This document shows positions 12,515 through 25,767 of a stretch of 64,000 nucleotides of DNA, one piece after another. The first letter of the stretch is position 1; every line of letters begins with the position of its first letter. The translations under genes and the position numbers were made by a program. The notes beneath the pieces were generated by a model. That model did no database searches, had not been told where the DNA came from, and saw nothing but the letters and a program-made list of their open reading frames with translations. Source of the DNA: Lama guanicoe (Eukaryota); the NCBI GenBank assembly GCA_013239625.1, contig MU053520.1, positions 1-64,000 of the forward strand, read 5' to 3'.

Positions 12515-15500
12515 GGGGTTGAGCCAAGATGGCAGAGTAGAGAGACTTGCAGCTCACCCTCTCCCACAAATACACCAATAATTACCTCTACAAACCCATT
12601 GAACCTCACAGATATCTACATAACTCTGATAGAGTGTCTCTTATTTTGAAATACAGGAGGATTCTCACAAAACTTAGTAAGAAAAAAGAAAAAAGAAAAA
12701 AAAATAGGTGAAGGACCAGTCCTGCAGGAAGGGAGCAGCATAGGAAGAAAGGCACCCTCATGCAGGGATTCCCCCTCTCTAGCTGAGATATCAGCAGGGA
12801 AAGAAGCAGAGATTCTGAAGATTGGAGGAGAAAGTGGCAACCACTTGGAAGACAGAACTAAGGGAAACTGACACGGAGGGCCCCTGTAATCCCCAGCCTT
12901 GGACACAAGCCAGAAAAGATGAGCAGAGACTGCTGGAGATTGGTAAGGAGTCCAGGCAGAGGGCTGGGGGCCACTGCACAGAGGCAGCATCAGGAGACTG
13001 GAGGGAGGCATGAGCTCTGGCTGGTGCTTTGTGCAGAACAGAACAGCCTGGGACACCCCATAAAAAAGCACCACAGCTGGTGTATGTGAGGGGGAGTGGT
13101 GCAACACAGCCATGCCATAACCCCATCTCTGCTTGGCTCCATTGTTGGTGTGTTCTGAGAAGAGAGGTGGGGCTTGGTAATAGTCATCACTGCTACACAG
13201 AGGTAGGGATGAAAGCTGAATCTATACCCAGTGGCCCTGCAACTTCACAAGTGGGAAAGAGATTTCTTGACAATTCCTGGAAGAGAATAGATTTTCTCCC
13301 ACTGGAACCTTTGTGGACCTGCACCTCTAGAACAAAATTTATAACAGGCCAGTGCACCATACAATATGAGGAGACAGGGCTGGGGCCCACACTAAACCTG
13401 TGGCACACTGCAGATTCAAGTGTGTGACTGCATACTTGCTATGGTGGGTCCTAGTACCTGACATTGGTGGATCTATGCTGGTGGTTCCTGGAGCTCAGAA
13501 ACTGTGGGACACCAGAGCAGGTGGCTGACATCTCTGCAACTAAGGTGGGGACAATTGCAGTCAAGAAAGAATACTTTGTAAGCCCACATAACAAGTGACA
13601 AACAACATCACAGAGGGTGGATATTTCCTGCCTACTCTTCTTCCCAGGTGAAGTGCTCCAACCCTGCCTGCTACACACCACAGCACAGAAACAGGTCTAT
13701 AAATATCTATTCCAGCAACAGGGGTGCAGACCAGGACCCATGCCAGGGATGTGAAAACTACAGAACAAAAAGGAAGGCCCAGCTCAACAACAGTCAGGGA
13801 AGGATCTGAACACCACAACACCAACCATACACTCACAGGGATAACCGCTAACAATCATGGAAGAAAGATGTGGCAACTATCCATACTAAGAACAGCCATA
13901 CAACAGCCACACAAAACCTCCCTGCAAAACAAAGTCCAGGACCAGATGGCTTCACTAGACAATTCTATCAAACATACAAAGAAAAGCTATCAATCCTTCT
14001 CAAACTCTTCCAAAAGGTTGAAGAGGAGGGAATACTCCCAAACTCATTCTATGAAGCCACCATAACACTGATACCAAAGCCAGACAAAGACACAATAAAA
14101 AAAAATTATAGACCAATATCACTGATGAATAAAGACTCAAAAATCTTCAACAAAATGTCAGCAAACAGAACCCAACAACATACAAAAGGAACATACACCA
14201 TGATCAAGTTGGATTCATCCCAGGGACACAAGGATGGTTCATCATATGCAAATCAATCAATGTGATACATCACATCAACAAGAGAATGGACAAAAACACA
14301 TGACCATTTCAATAGATGTAGAAAAAACATCTGATAAAAGTCAACACCTATTTATGGTAAAAAGTCTTACTAAAGTGGGTATAAAGGGAACATATCTCAA
14401 CATAATTAAACTGTTTATGACAAACTTACAGCTAGCATACTACTCAGCAGTGAAAAGCTGAAAGCTTTTCTGCTAAAATCTGAAAGAAGACACAGATGGC
14501 TACTCACACCACTTCCATTCAATATAGTATCGGAAGTCCTAGACATAGCAATTAGACAAGAAAAAGAAATAAAAGGAATCCAAATTGGAGGAAAACAGCT
14601 AAAATTGTCGTAATATGAGGATGGCGTGATACTATAAATGGAAAATCCTAAAGGCTCCACACAAAAACTACTACAGCTAATAAAAGAATTCGGCAAGGTA
14701 GCAAGATAAAAAACTAACATACAGAAATCTGTGGTATTTCTTTACACTAATAATGAAGAATCAGAAAAGGAAAGTAAAGAAATAATCTCTTTTAAAATTG
14801 CATCCAGAACAATAAAATACCTAGGAATAAGTCTGACCAAGGAAGTGGAAGACTTATATGTGGAGAGCTACAAAACATTGAGTAAGGAAGTTAAAGATGA
14901 CTTGAGATGGAAAGACATCCCATGTTCTTGGATCATAAGAAATAATGTAAAAATGGCCATACCACCCAAAGCAATCTACAGATTTAAAATGATCCCTATC
15001 AAAATTTTCACAGAACTAGAACAAATAATCCTAAAACTTATATAGATTCACAAAAGACCCAAAATTGCCATAGCATTACTGAAGAAAAAGAATAAAGCTG
15101 GAAGAATAATTCTCCCTGGCTTTAGACAATACTACAGAGCTACACTAATCAAAACAGAATGGTATTTGTATATAAACAAACATATAGATCAATGGAACAG
15201 AATAGACAGCCCAGAAATAAAGCTACACATTTTTGGTCAATTAATATTTGACAAAGAAGGCAAGAACATATATGGAGAAAAGACAGTCTCTTCAGCAAAT
15301 GGTGTTGGGAAAACTGGACAGTTGCATATAAAGCAATGAAGTTAAAATACTCCCTCAAAGCATACACAAAATAAACTCAAAATTGATCAAAGACTTAAAC
15401 ATAAAACAAGACAATATAAACTTCTTATAAAAAAATAGGCAAAACATTATGTGACATAAGTCTCAGCAATGACCTAAGAGATTAGGGCAAACTATCCAAG

Positions 15501-15792
15501 AAATAGAAAGGAAAGCAAAAATAAACAAATGGGACCTAATTAAATTTATAAGCTTTTGCATAGCAAAGGAAACCATAAGCAAAACAAACAAAAAAAAACA
15601 ACCTACAGAATGGGAGAAAATATTTGCAAAAGATGAGATGGACAAGGGCTTAATCTTCAGAATATATAAACAACACATACAACTTAATAACAACAACAAC
15701 AACAAAATCCCAAAATGGGCAGAAGATCTAAACAAGAAAAAATATTCGATATCACAAATTATTAGAGAAATGCAAATCAAAACTATAATGAG
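12515..15792 (+). mobile_element. L1 'A': 5'UTR (~12515-13910) joined directly to mid-ORF2 (RT region); ORF1 and endonuclease absent; 3' end replaced by the next L1
   Basis: 5' motif gggg..ccaagatggcagagtag. ORF2 peptides [32 protein letters not shown] and WKDIPCSWI, broken by stops and frameshifts. Ends at gaaatgcaaatcaaaactataatgag. Confidence 0.9.
12525..12533 (+). promoter_or_regulatory. YY1-type motif at L1 5' terminus
   Basis: caagatggc about 10 nt into the element, same motif and position as the YY1 site of mammalian L1 internal promoters. Also aagatggc at 19037-19044. Confidence 0.6.
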
Positions 15793-18700
15793 GGGAGAAG
15801 GGCCAAGGTGGAAAAGTAGAAGGATGCTCGTAGCTCACCCTCTCCCACAAATACACCAAGACTGACATCCACGGACACACCCAGCCAATCAGAACACCTA
15901 CTGAACTTTGACAGAACATCACTTTCTTCAAAAGACAAAATATGCCATGAATCTGGTAGGAGAAGAGGAAAAAAGAAAAAGGAAAATAGTGTGAGACTGG
16001 TCCCACAGGGAGGGAGTTGGAAAGGAGGAACAGCATTTAATCACTGGGCCTCCCCATCTCCAAAGGAGAGGTCAGCGGGATGGAGGGGGAACCTCCAATA
16101 CTCTTATCTGTACAGAATAGCTTTTGACTGACAGAACTAATAAGCAGGCACAAAGGGTTCCTGTGACCCCCAGCCCTAGATGTAAACCAGAAAATAGGGG
16201 ATGGGACAGGCTGCCAGAGCTGGGCAGAGGAATCAGACTGGCTGTACAGAGGCAACCTCAGGGAACAGTAGTGTGCTGTGCACCATTGACAGAAGGGTAT
16301 ACAGAGCAGAGCAACCTGGGTATCCCATAAAATAAGAAAAAAAAAGTAACACTTCTGATGTGCCCTGAAGGGGAGGGGTGCCTTTGCCTCTGAAGACCCA
16401 CTGTAACATTACTGGTGCATTCTCAGGAAAATAGAGGCACGGCTCAACAACAGCAACCATATTCTTCAGTATGGAGTGCCTAGGTAGAGGCTGGGTTGAA
16501 ACCTGAATCTGTACCTAGGGGCTCCACAATCTCATAGGTGGGACAAATTTGTTTACAGCTTCAGGCAGAGGGGAACATTCTGTCCTGATGCCTCTGTGAA
16601 CTGAGGCCTTGAAGACAAACTAACCAGGAGTAGAGTTCTGGCACAGAACAAGGCAGGGGAAAGGGCTGCTCAGCCATTTTCTCCAGGCCCTCCTATGAGT
16701 GTGGACACAACATGGAGTGGGGATATTCACAGAGTAAGGGAGCAGCCAGCTGGTCTACCTTGCAGGAGCTGGGTGATGGACCATGGATTTGGGAGGGGGC
16801 ATGACCCATATGACTACTCTGCAGGAGTGTGGTACCAGATTGCAGCATCAGAAGAGGGTGAGATTCACCTGCCAACCAGCACTGGGAGAAACACAGACCA
16901 GGGGTGTGACCAGAGGGTCTCTGGAACCAATGAGCTGAGTTTTTGCAGCAGAGTGAGGGCAGCAGCAGTGGCAACCACAAAGAAAAAGGAGGCCCCATTC
17001 AATAGCCAGGGCAGACTCTGACTACCAGGTCACTGGCAACACCCCGAAACTAAAGGGATAACAGGCAAAAGGCACAGAAGTAAGATCTGGAAACTACCCA
17101 TAATTAAGAAGTACCTCTTGACAAAATTATTAAGAGCACACAGTCTCCACAGGAACACATCCACCCCTTTTTCTGTTCTATTTTCTTTTACTTTTAAAAT
17201 TTTTTACTTTTATATAACTTTTTATGTCTCTATTAATTCCTTTAAAAATTTTATTTTAAAATATTTTATTATTATTTTAAAAATTTGTCTCAATTTTATT
17301 TTTATTTCTTTTTGTTTTGTTCTTCTGTTATCAATTATACTCTGTTTTCAAATATGTTTTTTCTTCTTTTAAGGTTTTTAAAATATATCTCAAATATATA
17401 TATATATATATCTCAACTTAATTTTTATTTTTCTTAGATTTGTTCTTCTGTTATTGATTATATTCACTCTTCAGACTATTGTCTTCTTTTAAATTACTTT
17501 TTTTTAGTTTTATATCTGCGTCTACTTTAGATAGATAGATAAATAAATAAATAAATAAACTCCTTAAGGATAAGAGTTGATAACAGATACTCCATAAGCC
17601 ATAGTGCCAGAGAGATATAAGCAAAATGAAGAAATAGAGAAACCACTCCTAATTAAAAGTACAATAGAAATCCACTGAAAGAATGATGAATGCAATAGAC
17701 CTTGAGCATCTACTAGATCATGATTTGTAAAATGGAGTAATCAAAGTACTAAAGTAAGTAAAAGAAATTGATTTTCCAGATAAAGAATATGTCAAAAAGG
17801 AAATTGATACTATAAAAATGAACCAATTAAAATTGGAAAACTCATTTGCTGAGATGAAAGCTGAGATAAAGGCTGTAAAAAACTAGACTAGAAAATGCAG
17901 AAGAACAAATAAGTTCTTATAAGACAGGACAACAGAAATAATGCAATCAGAACAACTGAGAGGAAAACAAATAAAAAACAATGAAAACAATATAAGGGAC
18001 TTATGGGATAATATAGTGTGCCAATCTACACATAACAAGAGTTTCAGAAAGGAAATTAAAAAAACAAAGGGGATTAAAGAGGTATTTGAAGAAATCATGA
18101 CTGAAAACTTCCCAAACTTAAAGAAGGAATCAGATATCCAAGTACAGGAATCTCTGAGGGGCCCAAACAGGAAGAACCCAAACAGACTCACATTAAAACA
18201 TATTATAATCAAAATGGCCAGAGTCAAGGATAAAGAAATGATCCTCAAGGCAGCAAGAGAAAAACAAAGACTCAGTTACAAGGGAATGCCCATAAGGCTT
18301 TCAGCTGATTTTTCTACACAAATCCTATAGGCTAGAAGGGAGTGGCAAGATACATTCAAAGTCCTGAATGAAAAAAGAAAGATTATAATCTAGGATACCT
18401 TATCCAGCAAGGTTATCCTTTAGAACAGAAGGAGAAATAAAGAATTTCACAGACAAGCAAAAACTAAAAGAATTTAGCAACACTAAAACTATGTTAAAAT
18501 AAATATTGAAAGGCCTACTCTAAACAGAAAGGGGAAGAATGCTAAAGAAAGGAGAAAACTATAACTGAAAAGGTGATGGCTACCATGAATTACAACAGAA
18601 TAAACATGCAACTGTAAAAGAGGACATCATAATCATTAAGAATGGGAGAGGGAAGGAAGAAAATACAGAGTATTTTTTTCTTTTTAAAATGTTTTGTTCT

Positions 18701-19024
18701 CTGTAGAATGGGTTTGAGCTTATATTACTATTTGTTTAATATAAACAGTTATAGTAATCGGTTAATATACATACAAAAAAGGGTAACCACAACCAAAAAC
18801 TTACAATTGAGTCACAAAAACTAAATAAAATCCATGATAATACAAAGGAAAATTATCAAACCACAAAAAGAAAAAGAAAGGAACAAAGAGGAAGTAACAA
18901 ATCAACTGCAAAGTTCAAAATGGCAATAAACACACATCTATCATTAATTGCTGTAATGTTAATGGACTAAATGCTCCAGTCAAAAGACATAGAGTGGCAG
19001 ACTGGATAATAAAACAAGAACCTT
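15793..19024 (+). mobile_element. L1 'B', 5' part: 5'UTR, decayed ORF1 (~17616-18523), inter-ORF spacer, start of ORF2 (ATG 18920)
   Basis: New L1 5' terminus at ~15793-15850. ORF1 peptide IRDLWDNI...ENFPNLKKE...HIIIKM...ILKAAREK...PIRLSADFS. ORF2 interrupted after ggataataaaacaagaacctt. Confidence 0.92.
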
Positions 19025-20686
19025 GAGAGAAGAGAGAAGATGGCAGAGTTGAAGGACACTTGTAGCTCACCTTCTCCCATAAATGCACCAAGACTCACAT
19101 CCACAGACGCACTCAGCCAACTAGAGCACCTGCAGAACTCCAACAGGTCACCCTCTTCAAAAGATAGAGATGCCAAAAATCTCGTAGGAGAAAAGGAAAA
19201 AAGAAAGAAGAAAAAGCAAAGCAGATTGGGATGGGTCCCGCTGGGAGGGAGTGGCAAAGGAGTACTGGGGCTCGTTCACTGGGTCTCCCCTCTCCAACCG
19301 AGAGGCCAGTGGGATGGAGGGGAGCCTCTGAGGCTTGGATCTGTACAGACCAGCCCTTGACTGACAGAACTAAGTTAAATGGGCACAGAGGGTCCCAGCA
19401 ACACCCAGCCCGAGATGCGGGCTGGCAGCTGGGGGCAGGGCCAGGCTGCCTGAGCCAGGTGGAGGACTGGGGTGGCTGCACTGAGGTAGCCCCAGGGGAC
19501 TGCAGGGGGCTGTGCACCATGGCTGTGGGTGCACAGGGCAGAAGAACCTGGGCCCTCCATAAAACAACACAGTTGCTGTGCCCTGGGGGGAAGGGTGCAT
19601 ATCCCCATATCTGAAAACCCGCGGAAAGTTTTTGGGAGAAGAGAGGCAGGGCTTAGGCACAACCGCTATATCTTCTGGCACTTAGCACCCATGTGGGGGA
19701 CGGAGGTGAAACCTGCATCAGCACCTAAGGGCTTAGCAGCCTCAAAGGCCAGATGGAGACGGGCCTACAGCCGCAGGCAGATAGGAGCCTTCCATCCTGG
19801 TCCCTCAGAGAACTTGCTCCGCCAAAACAAACAAGGAGCTGGGTTCTGGCCCGGAGCAGGGACGAGGCTGTTCCTCGGTCTTCCCAGAGCGCACCTGCAG
19901 AGCGCCAACCCAAGGCGGAGCGCACAGCGCCACAGAACAGAGGAGATACCAGCGACGGGAGAGGGAGGGTGGCCCCGCGCCATTCAGGCAGGAATGCAAC
20001 CCCTGACTACAGTGCCGGCAGGGGGCGCAACCCGCCCTCCTAACTGGCCAGTCTGTAACATCTGACTGTGGCATCGGGAGGGGCAGTGACCCGCCCGGCC
20101 ACAGCAAAGGAGAGCTGCACCTGACCCAATGTTAGGAGGAGGAGCAATCTGCTTGCCGACAGGCACTGGGGGCAGCACAGACGTGGGCACCAACGGAGGG
20201 CCTCTGGAAACAGCGAGCTGAGCTTTCAAAACAGGATGAAGACAGAAAGACTTCACATTAAAAGCACACAGTCTCCAGGAGAACACTGACCACCCCCCCC
20301 TTTTTTAATCTGTTTTTACCTGTCCTATTTACTATTACCATCTTAATTTTTCTTCTTAATTCGTTTTTATTTCTCTCGGGTTTTGATGTCCTGTTATTGA
20401 TTAGACACAGGTTTCAAGTACATCTTTTCATCTTTTCTTCTTTTTTTTAAAGGTTTTAAAAGGACATCTCAACCCGATTGCTATTCTACTTCAACTTGCT
20501 CTTCTATTATTCATTATACACTGTTTTCAAACCTTTTTTCTCCCTTCTTTAAATTTTTAAAATTATTTCTCTCTCTTTTTGTTTCTTTTTTCCTAAGTCT
20601 ATTGCCTATGTAGGAATAAGATAGATAAACTCCTCAAGGAGCACAATAGATAACTGATACTCCATAAACCACAGTGTCAGAGAGGT

Positions 20687-21590
20687 ATGAGCAAGATGAA
20701 GAAGCAGAAAAACCAATCCCAATTAAAAGAACAAGAGAAATCCCCTGAAAGAATGATCAATGAAATAGACATCGATAGCCTACTAGATCAAGATTTCAAA
20801 AAAGGAGTGATCAAAGTACTGAAGGAACTAGAAGAGATAGTGCTTAGAGATATAAAATATGTCAAAAATGAGATTGAAGCTATAAAGAAGAGCCAAGTAG
20901 AATGGGTAAACTCATTGACAGAGATGAGGAATGATCTAATAGCTGTGCAAAACCAACTACATAATGCAGAGGAACGAATTATTGACCTAGAAGACAGGCC
21001 AACTGAAGGCACCCAATCAGAAGAACTACAAGATAAAAAAATAAAAACAAGTGAAAACAGCATAAGGGACCTATGAGATAATATAAAGTATGTCAATCTT
21101 CACATAATAGGCGTCCCAGAAGGGGAAGAAAGATAAAAGGGGGTTGAAAAGGTTTTTGAAGAAATCGTGACTGAAAACTTCCAAAACTTAATGAAGGCAT
21201 CAGATATCCAAGTACAGGAAATTCAGAGGGTCCCAAACAAAAAGAACCCAAATAGACCCACACCAAGACATATCATAATCAAGATGGCCAGATTTAAGGA
21301 TAAAGAAATGATTCTAAAGGCAGCAAGAGAAAAAGCAAAGAATGAGTTACATGGGAACCCCCATAAGGCTCTCAGCTTATTTCTCTACACACACACTACA
21401 AGCCAGAAGGGACTGGCAAGATATATTCAAAGTCCTGAATGAAAAAAAGATGCAGTCTAGGATAATTTATCCAGCAAGGCTATCCTTTAGGATAGAAGGA
21501 GAGATAAAGAGTTTCACAGACAAGAGAAAGCTGCAGGAGATTAGCAACACTAAACCCATACTAAAAGAAATATTGACAGGTCTACTCTAA
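20687..21590 (+). pseudogene. L1 C ORF1p (RNA-binding/chaperone), disrupted
   Basis: MSKMKKQKNQSQLKEQEK... coiled-coil region, premature TGA at 21074-21076, then PRHIIIKM and YPARLSF motifs across a frameshift; TAA at 21588-21590. Confidence 0.92.
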
Positions 21591-21991
21591 ATAGAAAAGC
21601 AGCAGGATGCTACAGAAATGAGAAACTCACAACTGGAAAGGTGATAACTCATGAATTACAAATAAACACAAAATTATAAAAGAAGACATACAAATCATTG
21701 AGAGTGGGAGATGGAGGCAGGGAAATATAGAATATTTTTTTCTTTCTTTTTAAAATTTTTTGTTCTTCATAGGTTGGCTTTGAGATCATGTTACTATAAG
21801 TTTAATAAAAACAGTTATAGTAATGGGCTGATAGATTTACGAGAAAGGGTAACCACAAGCCAAAAACTTACAAGGGAGTCACAAAAATTAAATAAATTCT
21901 ATGATAACACAAAGGAAAATTACCAAACCACAAAAGGAAGAAGACAGAAACAAAGAGGAAATACCAATTTAACTGCAAAGATAACTCCAAA

Positions 21992-24900
21992 ATGGCAATA
22001 AACACTTATCTATCATTAATTGCTCTAATGTTAATGGACTAAATGCTCCAGTCAAAAGACATAGAGTGACAGACTGGATAATAAAGCAAGAACCTTCAGT
22101 ACACAGCATACAAGAGACCCACTTTAGGGAGAAGGACACAAATAGATTGAGAGTGAAAGGATGGAAAAGGATATTCCATGCAAGTGGAAAAGCCAAAAAA
22201 GCAGGTGTTGCAGTACTGATTTCAGACAAAATAGACTTTAAAACAAAGGCCATAAAGAAAGATTAAGAAGGACATTTTATAATGATTAAAGGAGTGATAC
22301 AAGATGAGGACATTACACTCGTTAATATATATGCACCCAACATAGGAGCACCCAAGTACATAGAACAATTACTAACAGAGATAAAGGGGGATATTGATGG
22401 GAGTGGAGATTTCAACATCGCATTAACATCACTAGACATATCTTCCAGACAGAAAATAAATAAGGCAACAGAGAAATTAAATAATACAATAGAAAAATTA
22501 GATTTGGTGGCTATTTTCAGAGCATTACACCCCAAAAAATAGAATATACATTTTTTTAAGTGCACATGGAACATTTTCCAGGGTTGATCATGTACTTGGG
22601 CAGAAAGGAAACCTCAGCAATTTTAAGAAGATAGAAATTATCTCAAGCATCTTTACTGAACACAAAACCCTGAAACTAGAAATCAACAATGGAGAAACAA
22701 TGAAAAAAAAAAAGGAAAGCATGGAGATTAAACAGTATGTTATTAAAAAAAGCAATAGGTCAATGAAGAAATCAAAACTGAAATTAAAAAAAACCTTGAC
22801 ACAAATGACAATGGAAGCAGAACCATTCAAAATCCAAGGGACACAGCAAAGGCAGTTCTAAGTGGGAAGTTTATAGAGATACATGCCTTCCTCAAAAAAG
22901 AAGAACAATCTCAAATAAACAATTTAACCCACCACCTGAATCAATTAGAAAAAGAAGAATAAAAACCCCCAAAAGGCAGTAGAAGAAAGGAAATTATAAA
23001 GATTAGGAAGGAAATAAATACAATAGAGATTAAGAAGACCATAGAAAAAAATCAACCAAACTAAAAGCTGTTTTTATTGAAAATGTAAAAAAAAATCGAC
23101 AAACCTCTGGTAAACTCACAAAGAAGAAAAAAGAGAGAGCACAAATTAGCAAAATAAGAAAGGAAAATGGAGAAATTACAACAAATAAAATATAAATACA
23201 GAATATTATACGAGAATATTATGAACAACTATATGGAATCAAACTGGATAACCTAGAGGAGATGGACAAGTTTCTGGAAACATACTGTCCACCAAGACTG
23301 AATCAAGAAGAAACTGACCACTTGAACAACCCAATCACTAGAAATGAAATAGAAATAGCAATTAAAAACCTCCCTACAAATAAAAGTCTAGACCAGACGG
23401 CTTCACTGGGTAATTCTATGAAACATACAAAAAGAACCCATACCAGTCCTTCTCAAACTCTTCCAGATGATTGAAAAGGAAAGAATACTCCCAAACTCAT
23501 TCTATGAAGCCACCATCACCCTGATACCAAAACCAGACAGACACCACCAAAAAAGAGAATTATAGGCCAATATCACTGATGAACATAGATGCCAAAATCC
23601 TCACCAAAATATTAGCAAATAGAATCCAACAACACATAAAAAAAATTATACATCATGACCAAGTGGGGTTCATCCCAGGGAAACAAGTGTGGTTCAACAT
23701 ATGCAAATAAATCAATGTAATACATCACATCAACAAAAGAAAGGACAAAAACTACATGATCATCTCAATAGATGCAGGAAAAGCATTTGATAAAATTCAA
23801 CACCCATTTATGATAAAAACTCTCACCAAACTGGGTATAGAGGGAACATATATCAACATCATAAAAGCTATATTTGACAAATCTACAGCCAGCATAGTAC
23901 TCAATGGTGAAAAACTGAAAAGCTTCCCACTAAAGTCTGGGGCAAGACAAGGATGCCCATTATCACCACTCTTATTCAACATAGTTCTGGAAGTCTGAGC
24001 CACAGCAATCAGGCAAGAGAGAGAAATAAAATGGATTCAAATTGGAAAAGAAGAGGTAAAAGTGTCACTATATGCCAATAACATGTTACTATATATAGAA
24101 AACCCTAAAGGTCCACATAAAAACTACTAGAGCTGATCGAAGAATTCAGCAAGGTAACAGGTTACAAGATTAACTTTCAAAAATCAGTTGCATTTCTTTA
24201 CACTAACATTGAATCAACAGAAGACGAAAGTAAAGAAACAATCCCCTTTAAAATAGCACCCAAAGTAATAAAATACCTAGGAATAAAACTAACCAAGGAG
24301 GTGAAAGACTTATACAAGGAGAACAATAAAAGACTTATGAAGGAAATTAAAGAAGACTTTAAAAAATGGAAAGATATCCCATGCTCTTGGCTAGGAAGAA
24401 TCAATATTGTTAAAATGGTCACACTGCCCAAGGCAATCTACAGATTTAATATATTCCCTGTCAAATTACCCAGGAAATATTTCACAGAACTATAAAAAAT
24501 CATAATAAAATTTGTATGGAACCATCAAAGACCTAGAATTGCCAAAGAATTACTGAAGAGAAAGAAAGAGGCTGGAGGAATAACTCTTTCAGACTTCAGA
24601 CAGTACTATAGAACTACAGCCATCAAAACAGCATGGTATTGGTAGAAAAACAGATATATAGACCAATGGAACAGAATAGAGAGCCCAGAAATGAACCTCC
24701 AAGCTTTTGGTCAACTAATCTTCCACAAAGGAGGCAAGAATATACAACGGAATAAAGACAGTCTCCTCAGCAAATGGTGTTGGGAAAACTGGAGAGCAGC
24801 ATGTAAAACAATGGAGCTAGAACACTCCCTTACACTATACACAAAAATCAACTCAAAATGATTCAAAGATTTAAACATAAGACAAGATAAAATAAACCTC

Positions 24901-25767
24901 CTAGAGGAAAATATAGGCAAAACATTCTCTAACATACATCTCAAAATTTTTCTTCTAGAAGAAATAAAGCAAGAAGAAACATTTGGGACCTAATGAAACT
25001 TACAAGCTTCTGCACAGTAAAGAAAACCTTAAGCAAAACAAAAAGACAACCTACGGAATGTGAAAATTTTTTTGCAAATGAAACCGACAAAGTCTTGATC
25101 TCCAGAATATATAAGCAGCTCATATAACTCAATAAGAAGAAAATAAACAACCCAATCCAAAAATGGGCAGAAGACCTAAACAAGCAATTCTCCAAGGAAG
25201 ACATACAAATGATCAAAAAGCACATGAAAAAATGTTTAATATCACTAATTATTAGAGAAATGCAAAACTACAATGAGGTATCACCTCACACCAGTCAGAA
25301 TGGCCATCATTCAAAAGTCCACATATGACAAATGCTGGAGAGGCTGTGGAGAAAAGAGGACCCTCCTACACTGCTGTTGGGAATGCAGTTTGGTGCAGCC
25401 ACTTTGGAAAACAGTATGGGGATTCCTCAAAAGACTAGGAAGAGACTTACCATATGACCCCGGAATCCCACTCCTGGGCTTATATCCAGAAGGTACCCTA
25501 CTTCAGGAAGACACCTGCACCCCAATGTTCATAGCAGCATTATTTACAATAGCCAAAACATGGAAACAGCCTAAATGTCCATCAACAGGTGACTGGATAA
25601 AGAATAAGTAGTATATTTGCACAATGGAATACTACTCAGCCATAAAAACTGACAACATAATGCCATTTGTAGCAAAATGGATGTTCCTGGAGTATGTCTT
25701 TCTAAGTGAAGTAAGCCAGAAAGAGAAAGAAAAATACCATATGAGATCACTCATATGTGGAATCTAA
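21992..25767 (+). pseudogene. L1 C ORF2p (APE endonuclease/RT/Cys domain), disrupted
   Basis: [49 protein letters not shown] and C-x3-C-x7-H-x4-C motifs in fragmented frames. Catalytic YADD reads YANN at 24071-24082. Confidence 0.93.

Noticed and set aside
15770..15795. L1 A and L1 E are both interrupted within ~45 bp of the same ORF2 position
   Set aside because: Only two events in an A-rich region full of endonuclease-like sites; insufficient to call a hotspot.
19529..20286. Overlapping 70-178 aa ORFs on both strands
   Set aside because: They lie in the GC-rich L1 5'UTR, where stops are rare, and show no recognisable domain.
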